Part shown: positions 36,921-49,737 of the stretch, one piece after another | Numbering within the stretch: position 1 is the stretch's first letter | Layout: every line of letters begins with the position of its first letter | Assembly (NCBI GenBank): GCA_039545335.1 | Contig: BCIN01000001.1 | Coordinates: forward strand, 2,291,129 to 2,355,128 | Direction: 5' to 3' | DNA: 64,000 nucleotides | From: Kondoa subrosea | Lineage: Eukaryota | Notes under the pieces: model-generated | What the model saw: only the letters and a program-made list of their open reading frames with translations | What the model was told of the DNA's origin: nothing | Database searches by the model: none | Made by a program: the position numbers and the translations under genes

Positions 36921-39542
36921 ATGAATGAACCTTATGGATTCACAGAACAAGGTTTCGAAGATGTACGCAATATCGAATGCCCTGCTCTGGCAAAGGACGG
37001 AATATACCTGGATCACGCAGCTTCTCCTCCTGCTCTTCTCTCTGCCGTCTCAAACTTTCAGCTCGATCTTGCTCAAAGCTTGTACAGTAATCCACATTCG
37101 AGATCAACAGCTGGAACAAGGACAAGCCAACGGATCGATGCAGTGAGAAATCGGGTGATGCGATCTCTGTTCGGCTTGGACATGGATCAGCAGAAGGATT
37201 TCGACCTGATCTTCACCTCTGGGGCAACAGCTGGATTCAAGCAAGTTGCAGAAGCCTTCCCTTGGTCTGAAGGCTATACCTTCCGCTACTTGAAGGAGGC
37301 ACATTCTTCTTTAGTCGGTATGCGAGGACTTGCGAACAAAGCTGGTGCGGCAATTCATCCGATGTCAATGCAAGAATTATGTAATTTGGCGAGAATGGGA
37401 ACAAAGGAAAAGACACTCTTGGCTTATCCTGCTCAATGCAACGCAACTGGTCGCAGAATCTCGCTAGACTTCTGTGCCGCAGTGAAACGCTCGTCTCTGC
37501 AAACATTGATCATCGTAGATGCCGCCGCTCATTTGTCCACTTCGTCGCTGGATCTATCTACACTACCGCTAGAAGAAGCACCTGATTACATCTCCTTCAG
37601 CTTCTACAAGATATATGGCTTTCCAACAGGATTAGGCGGACTTCTAGTAAAGCGTTCAAGCGGAAACATGTTGAAGAGAGATGGGTACTTTGGCGGTGGG
37701 ACGGTAGATGCTTTGACCGTGGATGATCCAACATGGACAGCTCCTCATGGCAGCAAACTGAAGACACCTTCTCTACACAATCGATTTGAGGATGGTACGA
37801 TCAATTTCCTAGATATCATCGCTTTGGATCATTCTATGAACACACACGACCGCATCTTTGGTAGTCTTCCTGCTGTTTCCAAATATACAACGAGTTTGAC
37901 AGCATATACCGTTCGAGAAATGCTCGCTTTACGTCATGCTTCTGGCAAACCAGTCTGCCGCGTGTATAATCGAGGACCAAGAGACGACTTTGTTGGCGAC
38001 TCAGGAGCAACGATCGGCTTCACTTTGCTCGATCAGGAAGGCGAATCACTTGGTCATGTAGAGCTCGATAAGCTTGCATCTGTGAACGGTATGTCACTAA
38101 TCTCGAATCTCCGGTAAACATCCTTATGATAGCTGCAGGGTTTCAGATTCGTACCGGAGGGCTATGTTCGACCGGTGTCATTGCTGCTTGCGTAGGATCA
38201 TCGGATGAGGATATATTAGCGAATCATGCCAAAGGTCGTGTTTGGTGCGTGCAAATCAGTTGTCTCCGGATAAGACTAAGAGCTGGGCAGTTGGGACGGC
38301 GAGGAGTTTGGTGGAATCGATGGCAAAACAGCAACGGGAATCGCAAGAATCAGTTTCGGTGCAATGTCTTCTTTGCAAGACGCAAAGGCTTGGATTGGTT
38401 TCTTGCGGAAGTTTTATGTTCTTCCAGAAACGAGGCCTTCGAGTCCACCGAGGCTGCGCAGCGGCGAGGTGTATTTGAAGACGATGTCCATCTGTAAGTA
38501 AGCGCTCGCACCGCAATACGTTTTTACAATTTGTGCTTGCCAGACCCTATCAAGTCTTGTGCTGCGCAGGATATATCTCTAGCACAGTCCTGGGAAGTCG
38601 ATTGGCAAGGTCTAAAATACGATGTAAGTTGCTCTCCGCCAAACGGTATGCGCTAAAGATGCTCTCATCTAGCGACAATGGATGCTGGTCAACAGTGCTG
38701 GTACAGCCTTGAGCCAAAAACGGTACCCCAAAATGGCTTTGATTCAGCCAAAAGTAGAAGTGGCATTAAAGCGCTTGAAGATCACGATCCCTGATTCCGT
38801 TCCTCTCTACATTTCGCTGCAACAGTCGTCTGCGCGCAAAGCTATACATGATGCAACAGTGTGCTCCTCAGCCGTCCAAGTCTCACTTATCGCCGATTGC
38901 AAAGCAGCGAACGACGCCCTATCAGCTTTTATCGGAGTCGAGTGTCAATTAGCCTGCCTATCATCTGACTCAACGAGTCGGCATGCTCATTTTGATACTC
39001 TATCGTCTCGAGTGCCTATAGCTCTATCGAACGAGAGCCCCTTCTTGCTCATTAGTCAATCAAGCGTGATGGCAGTAAATGAATGGCTCGATGAACTCGC
39101 ACCGGACAAAGCACTCCAGCCTGTGCCAGCTTCAACTTTCAGAGCAAATTTTGTGGTTGAAGGAGCTGTGCAATTCGAGGAAGATGAATGGAACCTCATT
39201 GTCAGTTCCTTCTCTTTCTCTTTGCATAGTCAACCTTTTTACCAAGCGAATCTAATGCTAGCAAATTGGTGGTCAAATCTTTCAAGTACTAGCTCCATGT
39301 CGACGTTGTCAGATGATATCCATCGATCAAGTCTCTGGCCAGAAAATAACAGAACCCTTCAACATACTCAGTAACAGAAGGCGAAACGGCAATGGAAAAA
39401 TAATATTTGGCATGCACAGTGTGTTCGGTTCTATCTTTGTATTGCCAATTATGCTGAATGATAGTCTACAGTGATACATCGACCCGAGCTGTCACAAGTT
39501 CCACACTATTTATCTGTACTTGACCCAGTGAAGATCTTCTAG
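36921..39542 (+). CDS. hxB: Molybdenum cofactor sulfurase (NifS-like PLP domain plus MOSC domain)
   Basis: IYLDHAAS, LYSNPHS, LIFTSGATAG, AYPAQCNATG, SFSFYKIYGFPTGLGGLLV (PLP Lys), YFGGGTV, RFEDGTINF, IRTGGLC (persulfide Cys), RISFGAMS. MOSC part: YPIKSCAA, YDRQWML, NESPFLLI, FRANFVV, PCRRCQMI. Stop TAG at 39540-39542. Confidence 0.94.
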
Positions 39543-41922
39543 AGCTTTGCGGCGGGAGCAGCGGCACCTTGCATCACCAATCGAAGCTCAGTAGCTGCTT
39601 CTTCAATATAGTGCGCCAATTCTTTCGCTTTGCCGGTGCGCGTGCAAATGCAGAATCTGATATCGACGTCAGCTCAATGCATCTAGAATCCAGGACATGA
39701 GCCACGTACCGTAAGGATTCGCTATTGACGGAGTAGGCCAAGCCAAAGCCATCGGGAACGACCTGACGGGTACATTTATTCCATTTGATCTACATCGGAC
39801 CACAATGACTTACCTCGCTATAACCCCAGCAGGTGAAATATTCGGACGAAAGCTGAGAAGTAGACAGAATCCAATTACACGATTCCGAGAAAGCAGGATC
39901 GTTGTAGATTGAGGGCATCTCCTCGCCCGGCTGTAGCAGCTTTTTCAGTCCTGTGCCATAATTGTCGAATAAGCCAATCATTTCAATATGAGCGCAGGCA
40001 TACCGAAGAAATGCCTGTCGACACCTTTGCCTTCTGCTGCCAGACCAGCGTACTTGATGTGCGAAGCGGCAGCTTTGCGCATAAGATCTGCCTTTTCAGA
40101 AGCCTAGGTATCTCCGGTCAGCTGTAATCTGAAACTTTGATTTGAGAGTACTGACAGGAGCATCGCTTTCCATCGCTTGGCACCATTGTAGCATTTCAGG
40201 AGTAGCACTGCGAATGACTTCAGTTCTACCAAGCTTGAATTTCCTCGTTTGAGCAGATTCGTAAGTTGGTGCTAGCTTGCCATTCATTTTATAGTAAGCC
40301 AGAGCCATGGTACATTGGGCCCAACTCTGTCGTTGTGGAAGTTAGTATGCTCATCCCGTGTGTAGAGATAGACGTACATCAGGAGAGGTTTTGAATGCCT
40401 TGATCGCGTTCTTGCCATACCCCTCGTAATTCAGTACATGCATTTCATGCTCAGACTTGAGGGTGGCCAAAGCACTCGTAGCGTCTTTAATGTGCTTCTT
40501 AATGGAGTTGTCGACCTCAAATAAAAGTTGTCGCGGTTGAGCAAGTTTTGTATTTGCTATCGGGGACCCTAGATCAATCTTCTTCGAATCGAGACTTCGC
40601 AAGATGAATTCGTTAATGCGCAGTGTAGGAGTTCCGTCTGACATGGAGTGCTCTCCACTGACGTGAACATCAGCTAGAATCTTCAAAGGCAGTATTGCAG
40701 ACTCACTTGAAACCCGACTTTCCGTTTTCGGTCACAATAACTGAGACTCCTGTAAGTTGCATGTTCTCATAGCCTAGACTGGATCACTTACCTTGATGTT
40801 TGTCCATGAACCTGTTTGGTTTGTCTCCGACCCAAAGATTCCAAGATACAGCATCCCTCGTGACCGGTTTGCTAGAATCGAGACATAGTAGAATGATAGC
40901 TGATTCGATCTTCTCTAGAGATTTGGCATTCTTGCTGGAAAGATTGATGAGATCTGTTCTTGCTGCTGCCCAAGCATCCCGATCTCCTGTTGTCAACACA
41001 CCGATTGGATTCGGGTCATCTTCTGGACCTGCTTGATCAATGATTCTCTGAAATTGTCTACACGTATCCATTAGCACAGTACCGCCATCATACAAATGAC
41101 AACCTACTGTTGCAGATCTGCTTCACTTAAGAAATCGCCATTGCTAGCTAAGATAGGCACTTCGTAGAACTTGTTTCGACGCAAGACGACAATATGGTTG
41201 TTGCTTTCTGGATCAAACTTCTTCCCGAAGTCAAGCCCTTTGTTTGGATAGCGACAGGTGTTAAAGAGGTATTTGTAGCTACTCATTGCCAGAGGAGTAG
41301 TTCTGTTGTACTATATCAGTGATTTGCTTGCTTGTGTGATGCCACAAATGCTTACTTTACCATTTCAGGCTCTAGAACACCAGATTCTAGCATTCGTCGG
41401 AAGTAAAGTACAGCCCGGATCAAGCTAGCTGCTCTTTTGGCAGGATCTTTCCGCCTGCCATTTACATCAGTAATTGTTCAGGGCCAATTTGAGTGGCACA
41501 ACATACGATAGATCATCCTTGTGAGCATAGAAGTAATTGGCGTAGAGCAATGAATCCCTCGGAGCGAAATAAGCTGCTTCATTCCACCAATCCGATAACC
41601 AACTATCCGTTTTCCCAGCTCTTTCTTGTAACCTTTGCTGCAATTTCTGTACTAGAGGGGATTCCAAGAATTCTTCGGCTACTTGTTGTGCTCTCAAATA
41701 TGCTTCGTTTGGTTTGTCTGCTGTTACCAATTGTTGACCTGGTTCTGTTATGATAGGTCGTATGGACTCCAGCCAACGTGATGTAGTGTCAACCAAAGGA
41801 TTGACTGGTAAGTTTGGAAGCTGGCTTTCGTGTTGCATCATAGTCGAGGATTGCTTGGGATTTGAAGTACTGGCAAAGGATCTAGTCATTTTGATCATTT
41901 GTCTACCAGACCTAGCTGCCAT
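39539..41922 (-). CDS. CAT2: Carnitine O-acetyltransferase with a mitochondrial presequence and a C-terminal PTS1 (AKL)
   Basis: LPNLPV, WLSDWWNEAAY, FNTCRYP, NGEHSMSDGTP (catalytic His), TYESAQTRKFKLGRTEVIRS, GVDRHFFGL and WILSTSQLS. The protein ends AAPAAKL*. Confidence 0.94.
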
Positions 41923-42834
41923 TGAAGGTTGGTAAGGTTAAAGGGAAGATTTCGCCTTCAAACAGTTGTTGTCAGGTCACCGAAATAGCCGATGTCTTTC
42001 CTTTGTCATTAAGTTTCAATTCAATGTTCACGAGTCTGTAGATTGATTACTTCAAGCCCACAATCTTGCTGCAAACCCTATGCAAGCCAGCAGATCTCTT
42101 GACACCGAAACACGAAAGACTTTTTTTACATTGACATACCAGGTAAGCAATCAGGGATTATAACTCAAGTCAATCCACAGCAGTAAGATACACAAAGCTC
42201 TTAACAGTACTATGCACGTACCTATTAATGGCCTTAGGTTTCGGGACTTTCCAAGCGAAATGATACTAATGCAAAGCCGCAGCTGCTAGCAAGACTTCAT
42301 CCTGCGTGCCACATTGCGAACTGGAGATCTGAGCTAATGTCGAGGAGACACAATATCAAGGGGATTGTATAAATTCCAAACTTCAAGCTCGAGCACCTTA
42401 TTCGAGCATAGCTTCGGCTATGCAAAGGCGTGTGGAAGGACACACCCAAGTGATAGCAATAGCTCATCATATATGCATCGTCTGCATAATCATAACATTG
42501 GGCGAAAGGAGTAGGAATACAACAGTGCTTGCAAAGACCTGGCAATATGGCCCCAAAAGCGATGGAAGAAAGCTGGGAAAGCAAGAGACCATATACAGCG
42601 GTGCCTAGTGGAGGTCAGAGAGGTCAGGATATGCCGATCTAGTTTTGCTTGAGAGGAACAGAAGCGATAGACATCAACGACAAAATCAGATACGAGGCAA
42701 AACATTGGACGCTTTCACAGCACATCGCAGAGACGAAGAAGACATGGATCATGTATTACAGCCTGTGCAGTGGCTGCGTAGACCTCGAGTGACCGTTTGA
42801 AAAAACCCTCGGAACTTGACAACGAACCAAAGTC

Positions 42835-43909
42835 ATGAGTGTTATCGACGCAACTCCGCTGCTGACAGCTTCCACATCCAAGCTTGGCAACAGATCAACC
42901 TCTGTGGAACGGGACTTGGATCCTTCCTATGATTTGGCCTACTTATCAGTGCTCGACCCAAATACGATTGATGCTCAAGCTTATGCGTCAGTTGGTCCCT
43001 CTATGCCCGCTGACTACGGACAGCTGAGATTTTGACTGCAGTGAAGATAAAGAGCAAGCTCTGATGGACAATGCTCGATTAGGCGTCCAACTTCTCTTTA
43101 ACCAAATTTTCGCTTTACCTACTCATTCCAACACTGATGGTGTTTTCGCTAAACTACCTGAACCGGTTAACCCTTTACCGCGTTCTAAACCTTTACCAAA
43201 ACCTAAGCCTGAAACTAAATGGGAGAAATTTGCAAGATCAAAAGGAATCAATATGAAGACCAAAAAAGATAAAATGGTCTTTGATGAAGAGAAACAAGAT
43301 TGGGTTAAAGCTTGGGGTTACAAGGGAAAGAACAAGGAAGTTGAAGATCAGTGGATTGTTGAAGTTCCAAACGATAAACCATCAGATTTTGATCCTGTCA
43401 AAGAATCTAAATTGGCAAGAATGGAGAGAAAGAAGAAGAACATGATGCAGCAACAAAAGAATGTCATTGCAGCTCAGAAAGCAGAGGCAGCTGCAAACAA
43501 GAAACCTTCTGGTGTACCTGAACTGACTGGCGCAAACAAGGAATTGCAATCCGATAGGAAATCAGCTTTACATCGTCAACTTCGTCAGACTAGAACAGCA
43601 ACTGCCTCACTTGGCAAATTTGATCCTACACTCCGCAACGAAGAACAGTTGGTTGGAAAGAAGAATAAAGGTCTCAAGAGGAAGTTTGAACCTGTAGATG
43701 TCGATGCTTCAACAGAAAGAGAAAGCGCATTGAAAATCTTGAAAGTGGTGGAGAAGGGTGATGTCTCGCAACAGGGCAAAGGCAAGGGCAAAAAGAACGA
43801 GTTGGTCAATGCTCGCAAGGCAATCAGGGCCACTACCGGCGGAAGAGGTGCTGCAGCTTTGGTTGGTAGAGCAGATTCTGGTCTGAAGAAGAGCTCAAAA
43901 AGGAGATGA
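42835..43909 (+). CDS. RRS1: Ribosome biogenesis regulator Rrs1
   Basis: YDLAYLSVLDPN; ARLGVQLLFNQIFALP; LPRSKPLPKPKPETKWEKFARSKGI; WVKAWGYKG; ATASLGKFD. One intron near 42987-43041. Confidence 0.95.
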
Positions 43910-44136
43910 GCGTCAGAAGAGTAGATTGCATCGGATCTCGTTTGAAGCTATGCTATATCTTTTTGTTCGATTCCGCTTTCCTTCACTCTACTCTGTCTTG
44001 CAATTCTTGCTTTGCTTTCGGGGACAGCTGCTCGTGTCCACCGTTATGTCTTCTTGCAACCATGAGACACTCTGTTATCTGCTTGCGTGTCTCTGAGATT
44101 AATGCATCTTGGTTTGATCACTGCGCGTAGTAAAAT

Positions 44137-46095
44137 CTACCATGTCCATCTATAGTATATACAAAGATACACAAAGAGAGCAACCCAAGCCACTGACCAT
44201 GCATCCTTTGCAGTCTGTACAATTAGACTGACTGCCCCGATCCTTTTGAGCCATGAAAGCACCGCATCCAACCTCGTGATTCTCGTCAACCTCTTGAGCA
44301 ATCTTGTAAACGGTCTAATGAGGAACCGATAAACCGGTCCTAATCTCACCAACAAGCCTTTGAACTCTTCATGTTCTTTTCTGCCACCTCTGCCTTCCCA
44401 CATTCCTAACCTGCTCACCCTTCTCATCCTTCCATAAGAAGGTCTTTGCGCTTCATAAACAGGTGTAGAAGGTGAAGGTTCTTCTTCAGCGGAATCGAAA
44501 TAAGCATATCCATTCCCTATATCCGCGTTGCCATATGTAGGACTGTAATCCAAATCACTGTCTTCTTCAGAATCGCTAACATCGGGTAAATAAACTTGTT
44601 GAGAAGCTTTCCTCCTGTGCGACGATCCGCCGAAAGAAGATCGAGATCTGGTCGCCATATGTGAAGGGAGTCGGTTATGTTTGACTGTGCTAACTCTTTT
44701 CGTTGAGATGAGGAGAGCTTTTCGGAATTTAGGTGCAAGGATGAGTAGAAGGGATAAGAAAGCGAAGGGGACGTAGAGACGGGAGATAATGCTTTGCTGA
44801 TTTGGGAGAACGCATGCTTGTGTAGCAAAGGTTGCCGCTGATCCTGAAGCGGGAACATCTGGCTCAGGATTATAGAGTGATAAGAGTTGAAAACCAGGAT
44901 GTCGAACGCCAGAAGATGTTGCGAATGATCGAAGAGTGATTTCTTGCACGCTAGAAGAGAAAGAGGCTGGTGAGATCAGTTTGTGTGAGATTGCGCAATA
45001 GTCGTGATCGTCTGCTGAAAGAACTAGCGAAGGGGATGTGTATTGCAGAAGCATGGAAGAGATATCCTTGTCGAGCAGGTTCTGGTAATTTCTGGTAATC
45101 TGCTTGCTTCCGTCAGCCCCCAGAGCAGGTTGGTTTATACGCATGCTTACCTTAGCTACGATTGGCGTTTGAGACTCTCTATTTGGTCCGCATGCTGTTC
45201 CAGCTTCACGATAGAGCGGTATATGCGACAGCAGTATCCTAGGGAGAGTGCTGTAGGTGTGAGTAAGGTTTTGGACAAACCCAATTGCTGAGGTGTCTGA
45301 ATTTTCATCTCTCTTGTCCAGGTGTCCAACTTGCTGCCGCTCCTCTAACAGACCCATGGCATCGACAAATATCAAAGTATGGTTGCCGAACTCTCGGATG
45401 CCTTGAGTCGGACCGAAAGCATCCCTAAACTGTTCTCGTGCATGTTTTGAGACTTCCAGGCTATTGTGAAGTCCAACGTCCGTGTTTCCCATCACATATA
45501 GAACAGGCTTGCCTTTAGGCAAGGGAAAGAGCTGCTTGAAGCGATCCGTATAGTGAGCATGATCCAGCCGATCTGTAGCTTGCACACCAGAGTCCAAGAG
45601 ATCGCCCAAGAAGATGTATGCGTCCGGCCTATGATGAGATACGATAATCCTCCACGCCTTCGCTGAGAAGTAATCTGCTAGCTTCCCCTTGGCCCATGCA
45701 GCAAGGAAGTTGTGATCGGGATAGCTGCCTGTCGACGTTCGATTAGCGTTCGATCAGCTGGCAACATAGTTGAAGTCCTCCTCACGAGAGTCAGGGATTT
45801 GCGGACTATTCAACGCTGCGAAGTCAGCTCTGGTCGAACTGATCTTCGACATAACTTACTCAGCGATCACCAGCACACGGAAAGCTCTGGCTCCGCGCGA
45901 ACCATTTGCGACAATTCGTGAATTTTGAGGCGAAGGCCAGTAGCAGCGGTGTATTCGATGTGTGAAAGTAATGCTCTCGGTAACAAGCAGCAGGATAGCC
46001 CAGGACAGTCTCAACAGATTGACCAGATTCTTCCATTGTCGTCTACCTGTCGTCCGTGATGGTCGACGTCCACCTGTAGACGGTGCGCGGATCAT
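44137..46095 (-). CDS. Cdc1/Ted1/PGAP5-like metallophosphoesterase membrane protein
   Basis: N-terminal TM followed by CYWP, RVLVIA, FLGDLLDSG, VMGNTDVG, RILLSHIPLY, YQNLL, VLSADDHDYC and PGFQLLSL, with C-terminal TM segments. Confidence 0.82.
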
Positions 46096-46524
46096 AAGAT
46101 CTCCTTGTGCTTCCCTTCAGCCTGATTACGAGAATCTCAAGGAATTCGCATTGGGCTAGCTCGGCGGCAGTGAATCAAGGACCAAACAAAAATCAGCTTG
46201 GTTTTCCTGCCTGCACCGCGATTTCTAACAATGCTCTTAGTGATGTATCCGAGTTTCTGCGATCTCACGAATTACTACAATGAGGAATCAGCTTTGTTCA
46301 TTTCGCCTTTTCAGCATAGTGCTTGATGTGTCCGCGAGTCTTTTTCTGCTCGACAGCTCTTTCTACCTTACTTCTGGCTGGACGTCTGGCCTGATATCTG
46401 TATGACAATAAATCCGCAACTCCTATATACGGGCGTGATGTTTTGAATTTCCTACTTCTTTCATTTGCAACCACTTCCAATTCTTTCACATTGCTTTCTA
46501 CTCGATAGGAGCACGCAGTTAGCT

Positions 46525-48681
46525 ATGTTAAAGAAGCTTTCACCGTTTCATAGCTCAACATCAGATCTGCCAGCCCAGCTCACACTTCATTCCGCACGGT
46601 CCTCGAATTCCTTGGATATCTCGCGTTCGCAGCCCAATACACCTGGTGCCTATTCGCCAAATCCACAGCAAAATAGCTACTTTCCTGGTTCGCCTTTTGT
46701 AAACCAGTCGGACGAATGTCTATCCAGGGCCCAATTAGAGAAGAGCTTGAGATGTTTAGAAATTCTATTATCTGCTCTCAATGAGTTCAGAGGTCTAGTT
46801 GTCGCGTTAGCCAAAGCGGAGCGAAAGATCAGCAAGTCAGTGAAATCCTCAAATAATCTGGAATTCGAGTCTGACTAAAGTCAATAGAGCTGGAAAGGAT
46901 TTGGCAAATGCAATGAAAGAGTCGCTATCTGAGAAGGATGCTATCGGTACATATCTGTTTCTGTAGCTGTGAGGGGAATTCACTGAAGCGTTGATACAGT
47001 CAATGCCCTGTCATCCGCGTCGGCCCTGTTCGATGCACAAGCAGAAATCGATGCCAAATACTCGAAACTCGTTCACAAAGAATACGAAACTGCAAATGAA
47101 GCTTGCGAGAAGGCGTTCTCTAAAATCGCTAAAGAAGAAAGACAACACGATGAAGCTATGATGTCTGTGGATACGAAGTTGAAGAGAGCTTCCGCTGCTT
47201 ATGAGAAACGGATGCGAGCTACCACGAATGGAAGCTCTTCTGCTCAATTTATGGCTCTGGAACACGAAAAGCATATTCATCAGCTTTCCGCCTTGTCGAA
47301 CGATATGTCAAGAATGAAGCAATCTCATTCAATGCAGATGCGGAGTAGAAGGGACAACATCGTCAGGGAAATGGCTCGTGCAAATGTTCACCTAGCGGAA
47401 TGCGAATGGAAGCGAACGTGTGAAGCGGTGCGAAAGTCAGGAACTGAAATTGGACGTGTCATGGCTTGGAGTTCTTTGATCTGCATCGGTTCGGCTGCAA
47501 CAGTACAAATGCCGCTACCTTTGTCAGATGGCGAATCTTTGCGGTCTTCGCCTGTCTCTCCTTCGAACGAAGCAAGACTCCTGCCAGAATCTTTATCTCA
47601 AGGAAGTCAGCGCAACACTCCTTCCGTATCCTCTCGTCCTTTACCTATGCCTCGCATCCATTCTTCCCCTCAAACCATAAACAGACAATTCGATTCAATC
47701 AGCAGCAAGCAATTCGATTCCGTCAAGACCATACGACCCAACACGGAGTCTGACTATACCTCGAGGCAGCCATCAAGCTCCGTCCAGGATTCACCTCCTT
47801 TGGCTCATCCTTCGCCAAAAAGATCGTCACAAGCAGCAATAGCCACTTTCGAAAACGCTTCTCAGGAAGATGACAGCGAAGACGTGTCTGCTTCAGCTAG
47901 TGAAGCATCAACTACAGATACCAGGAACACATCACTTGAAGGACCTCCTTTAACTGCTGGGACTCGCTATAGCGTAAGCCGACGTCAACACCTGCTTTGC
48001 TCCTATGCTTATCCTCCACAGTCACTTCCCAAGATTTCTACTCCTGCTGAAGAGAAATTCGAAGATGATCTAATGCTGCCCAAGGGATTTGTTCTGGAGG
48101 AAGAAGAGTCGAGAGATGTAGCTGTAGGGGCAGCGAGAGGAGCCGAAGTACAAAGATCAATGAGTGTGGAAAGTACGGCATCGAGCAGGAGCTTCGTAGC
48201 TAATATGAAGCAAAAATACATGGAAGAGAAAAAGAAGATCCAGGTGAGCATTTCGTGAGATCGCATGGATCGGGACTGAAAGTACATTTTTCTCCTAACA
48301 CAGCTTGCGAACCAAAGTATACCTACACCAACCGACTCCAGGCATGCCAGTTTGTCTTCGAAAGTCTCGGATCTAGCTTCGCGCTTTTCTCCCCCTCCAG
48401 CAGATTCATATCGGAAATCGGAAGACACCTATAGAGCACCTCGAAGCAGCGGTTATGCACCTTCCGTTCGACCCGCAGTCACGCGAAGCATCACGACCCT
48501 TTCAGATCTGGAGCAATTGTCGAAGAAGAACGTACAAGCTGATCGTCATCCCGATATATGCGGATGTCAGGAATGCGGCGTCAACAAGTACTCGCCTGAT
48601 CGATCTACCGCAAGACAGAAAGCGGACAGACGTGTGAGTATGCCAACTTGGTTATCGCGCGGGGAAGGCACTTTGCGATAG
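46525..48681 (+). CDS. Helical BAR/IMD-like domain protein with a long Ser/Pro-rich disordered tail
   Basis: Spliced amphipathic/coiled-coil region (LEKSLRCLEILLSALNEF...VNALSSASALFDAQAEIDAKYSKLVHKEYE...KIAKEERQHDEAM...KLKRASAAYEKR), then a low-complexity tail with a C-terminal HPDICGCQEC motif. The family assignment is an inference. Confidence 0.6.
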
Positions 48682-48761
48682 ATAGAGGTTGTTTGATATG
48701 TATGTCTGCATGCTGCTGTATACGCTATGTATGTGATACAATATCACATGCTGTGTAATTT

Positions 48762-49426
48762 CTAGACCAGAAGCTTAGCATGCTTGTAATCTGAGTCTTC
48801 TACCAAAGCCTTGACAGGTCCTGCAACTTGCCGAAAGTCCGACTGACGAGCGAATTCATAGTGATGCTCTAGTGACTCCCAAAGGGTAAAGACAGCCCAT
48901 TGATGATTTCCTTTGCTGTCATTCTCGCAAGCCCAAATCGCTTTAGCTGAAGCTGCTTTCTCCATTAATGGCATAACTTTCTCAAAAGCATCTTCAAAGA
49001 CTTCATCTTTCCCTTGAGCTACTGCGTGTATGGCGATAGCGAGGACTTGAGAAGATGAAGGTACAGGGGGAGTTTGGTCCCAAAGGAAGTGTAAGATGGA
49101 AAGAATATCGAGTTGGTCTCGAAGAGTGTCTTTCAGCGCGAAGTTGGCGTCAGAAGCGACAAATATGTCTGCACGATTGATCAGTCCAAACAACACCCGA
49201 CTTCAATCAAGAGGGTCTCACTATGATCTGCGACGCTTGACCAGCTTCCTAACATGTATAGCTTGTCCGCCTCTTCTATACATTGCAAGAAGCAGAAATG
49301 TTTCCCGCTGGCTTTCGTCCGCACATCTCGGACATGCTCGAGCTTCTCGATTATCCCCTCAGATTCGACCGTCAAAGGAGCTTTGAGCTGTAAAGTAGCT
49401 AATTCACACATTGGTCCGGTGGCCAT
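48762..49426 (-). CDS. Two-domain ABM-like (dimeric alpha-beta barrel) protein
   Basis: Two repeats with the W-x-S-x-x-x-H motif (LYMLGSWSSVADH, FTLWESLEHH); one intron. Confidence 0.7.
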
Positions 49427-49737
49427 GATGTACTATGTTTCCAAAGAGCGAGAGAGGGCAAGGAAAAGAGAGAAGAAGAAGAAGGATTGCTGAAAGTTTG
49501 AAACCAACGAAGACAAAAGGCGGCAGGTTGACAAAAGAGACAGTCTTTATGGCAGACATCCTCATGTAGCTAGTCATCACCGATATATACTGTCCTATAG
49601 CGTACCTATGGATCTGCATGATCACGCTGTTGCTCATCGAGCTTTGAAATCCTCGTCAAGCTTGACCTGAATCCTCGACTGAGGCGAAGGCGGACTGCTT
49701 CCTTACAACAGTACACTGAGCCCTACTGCCTCAAAGG

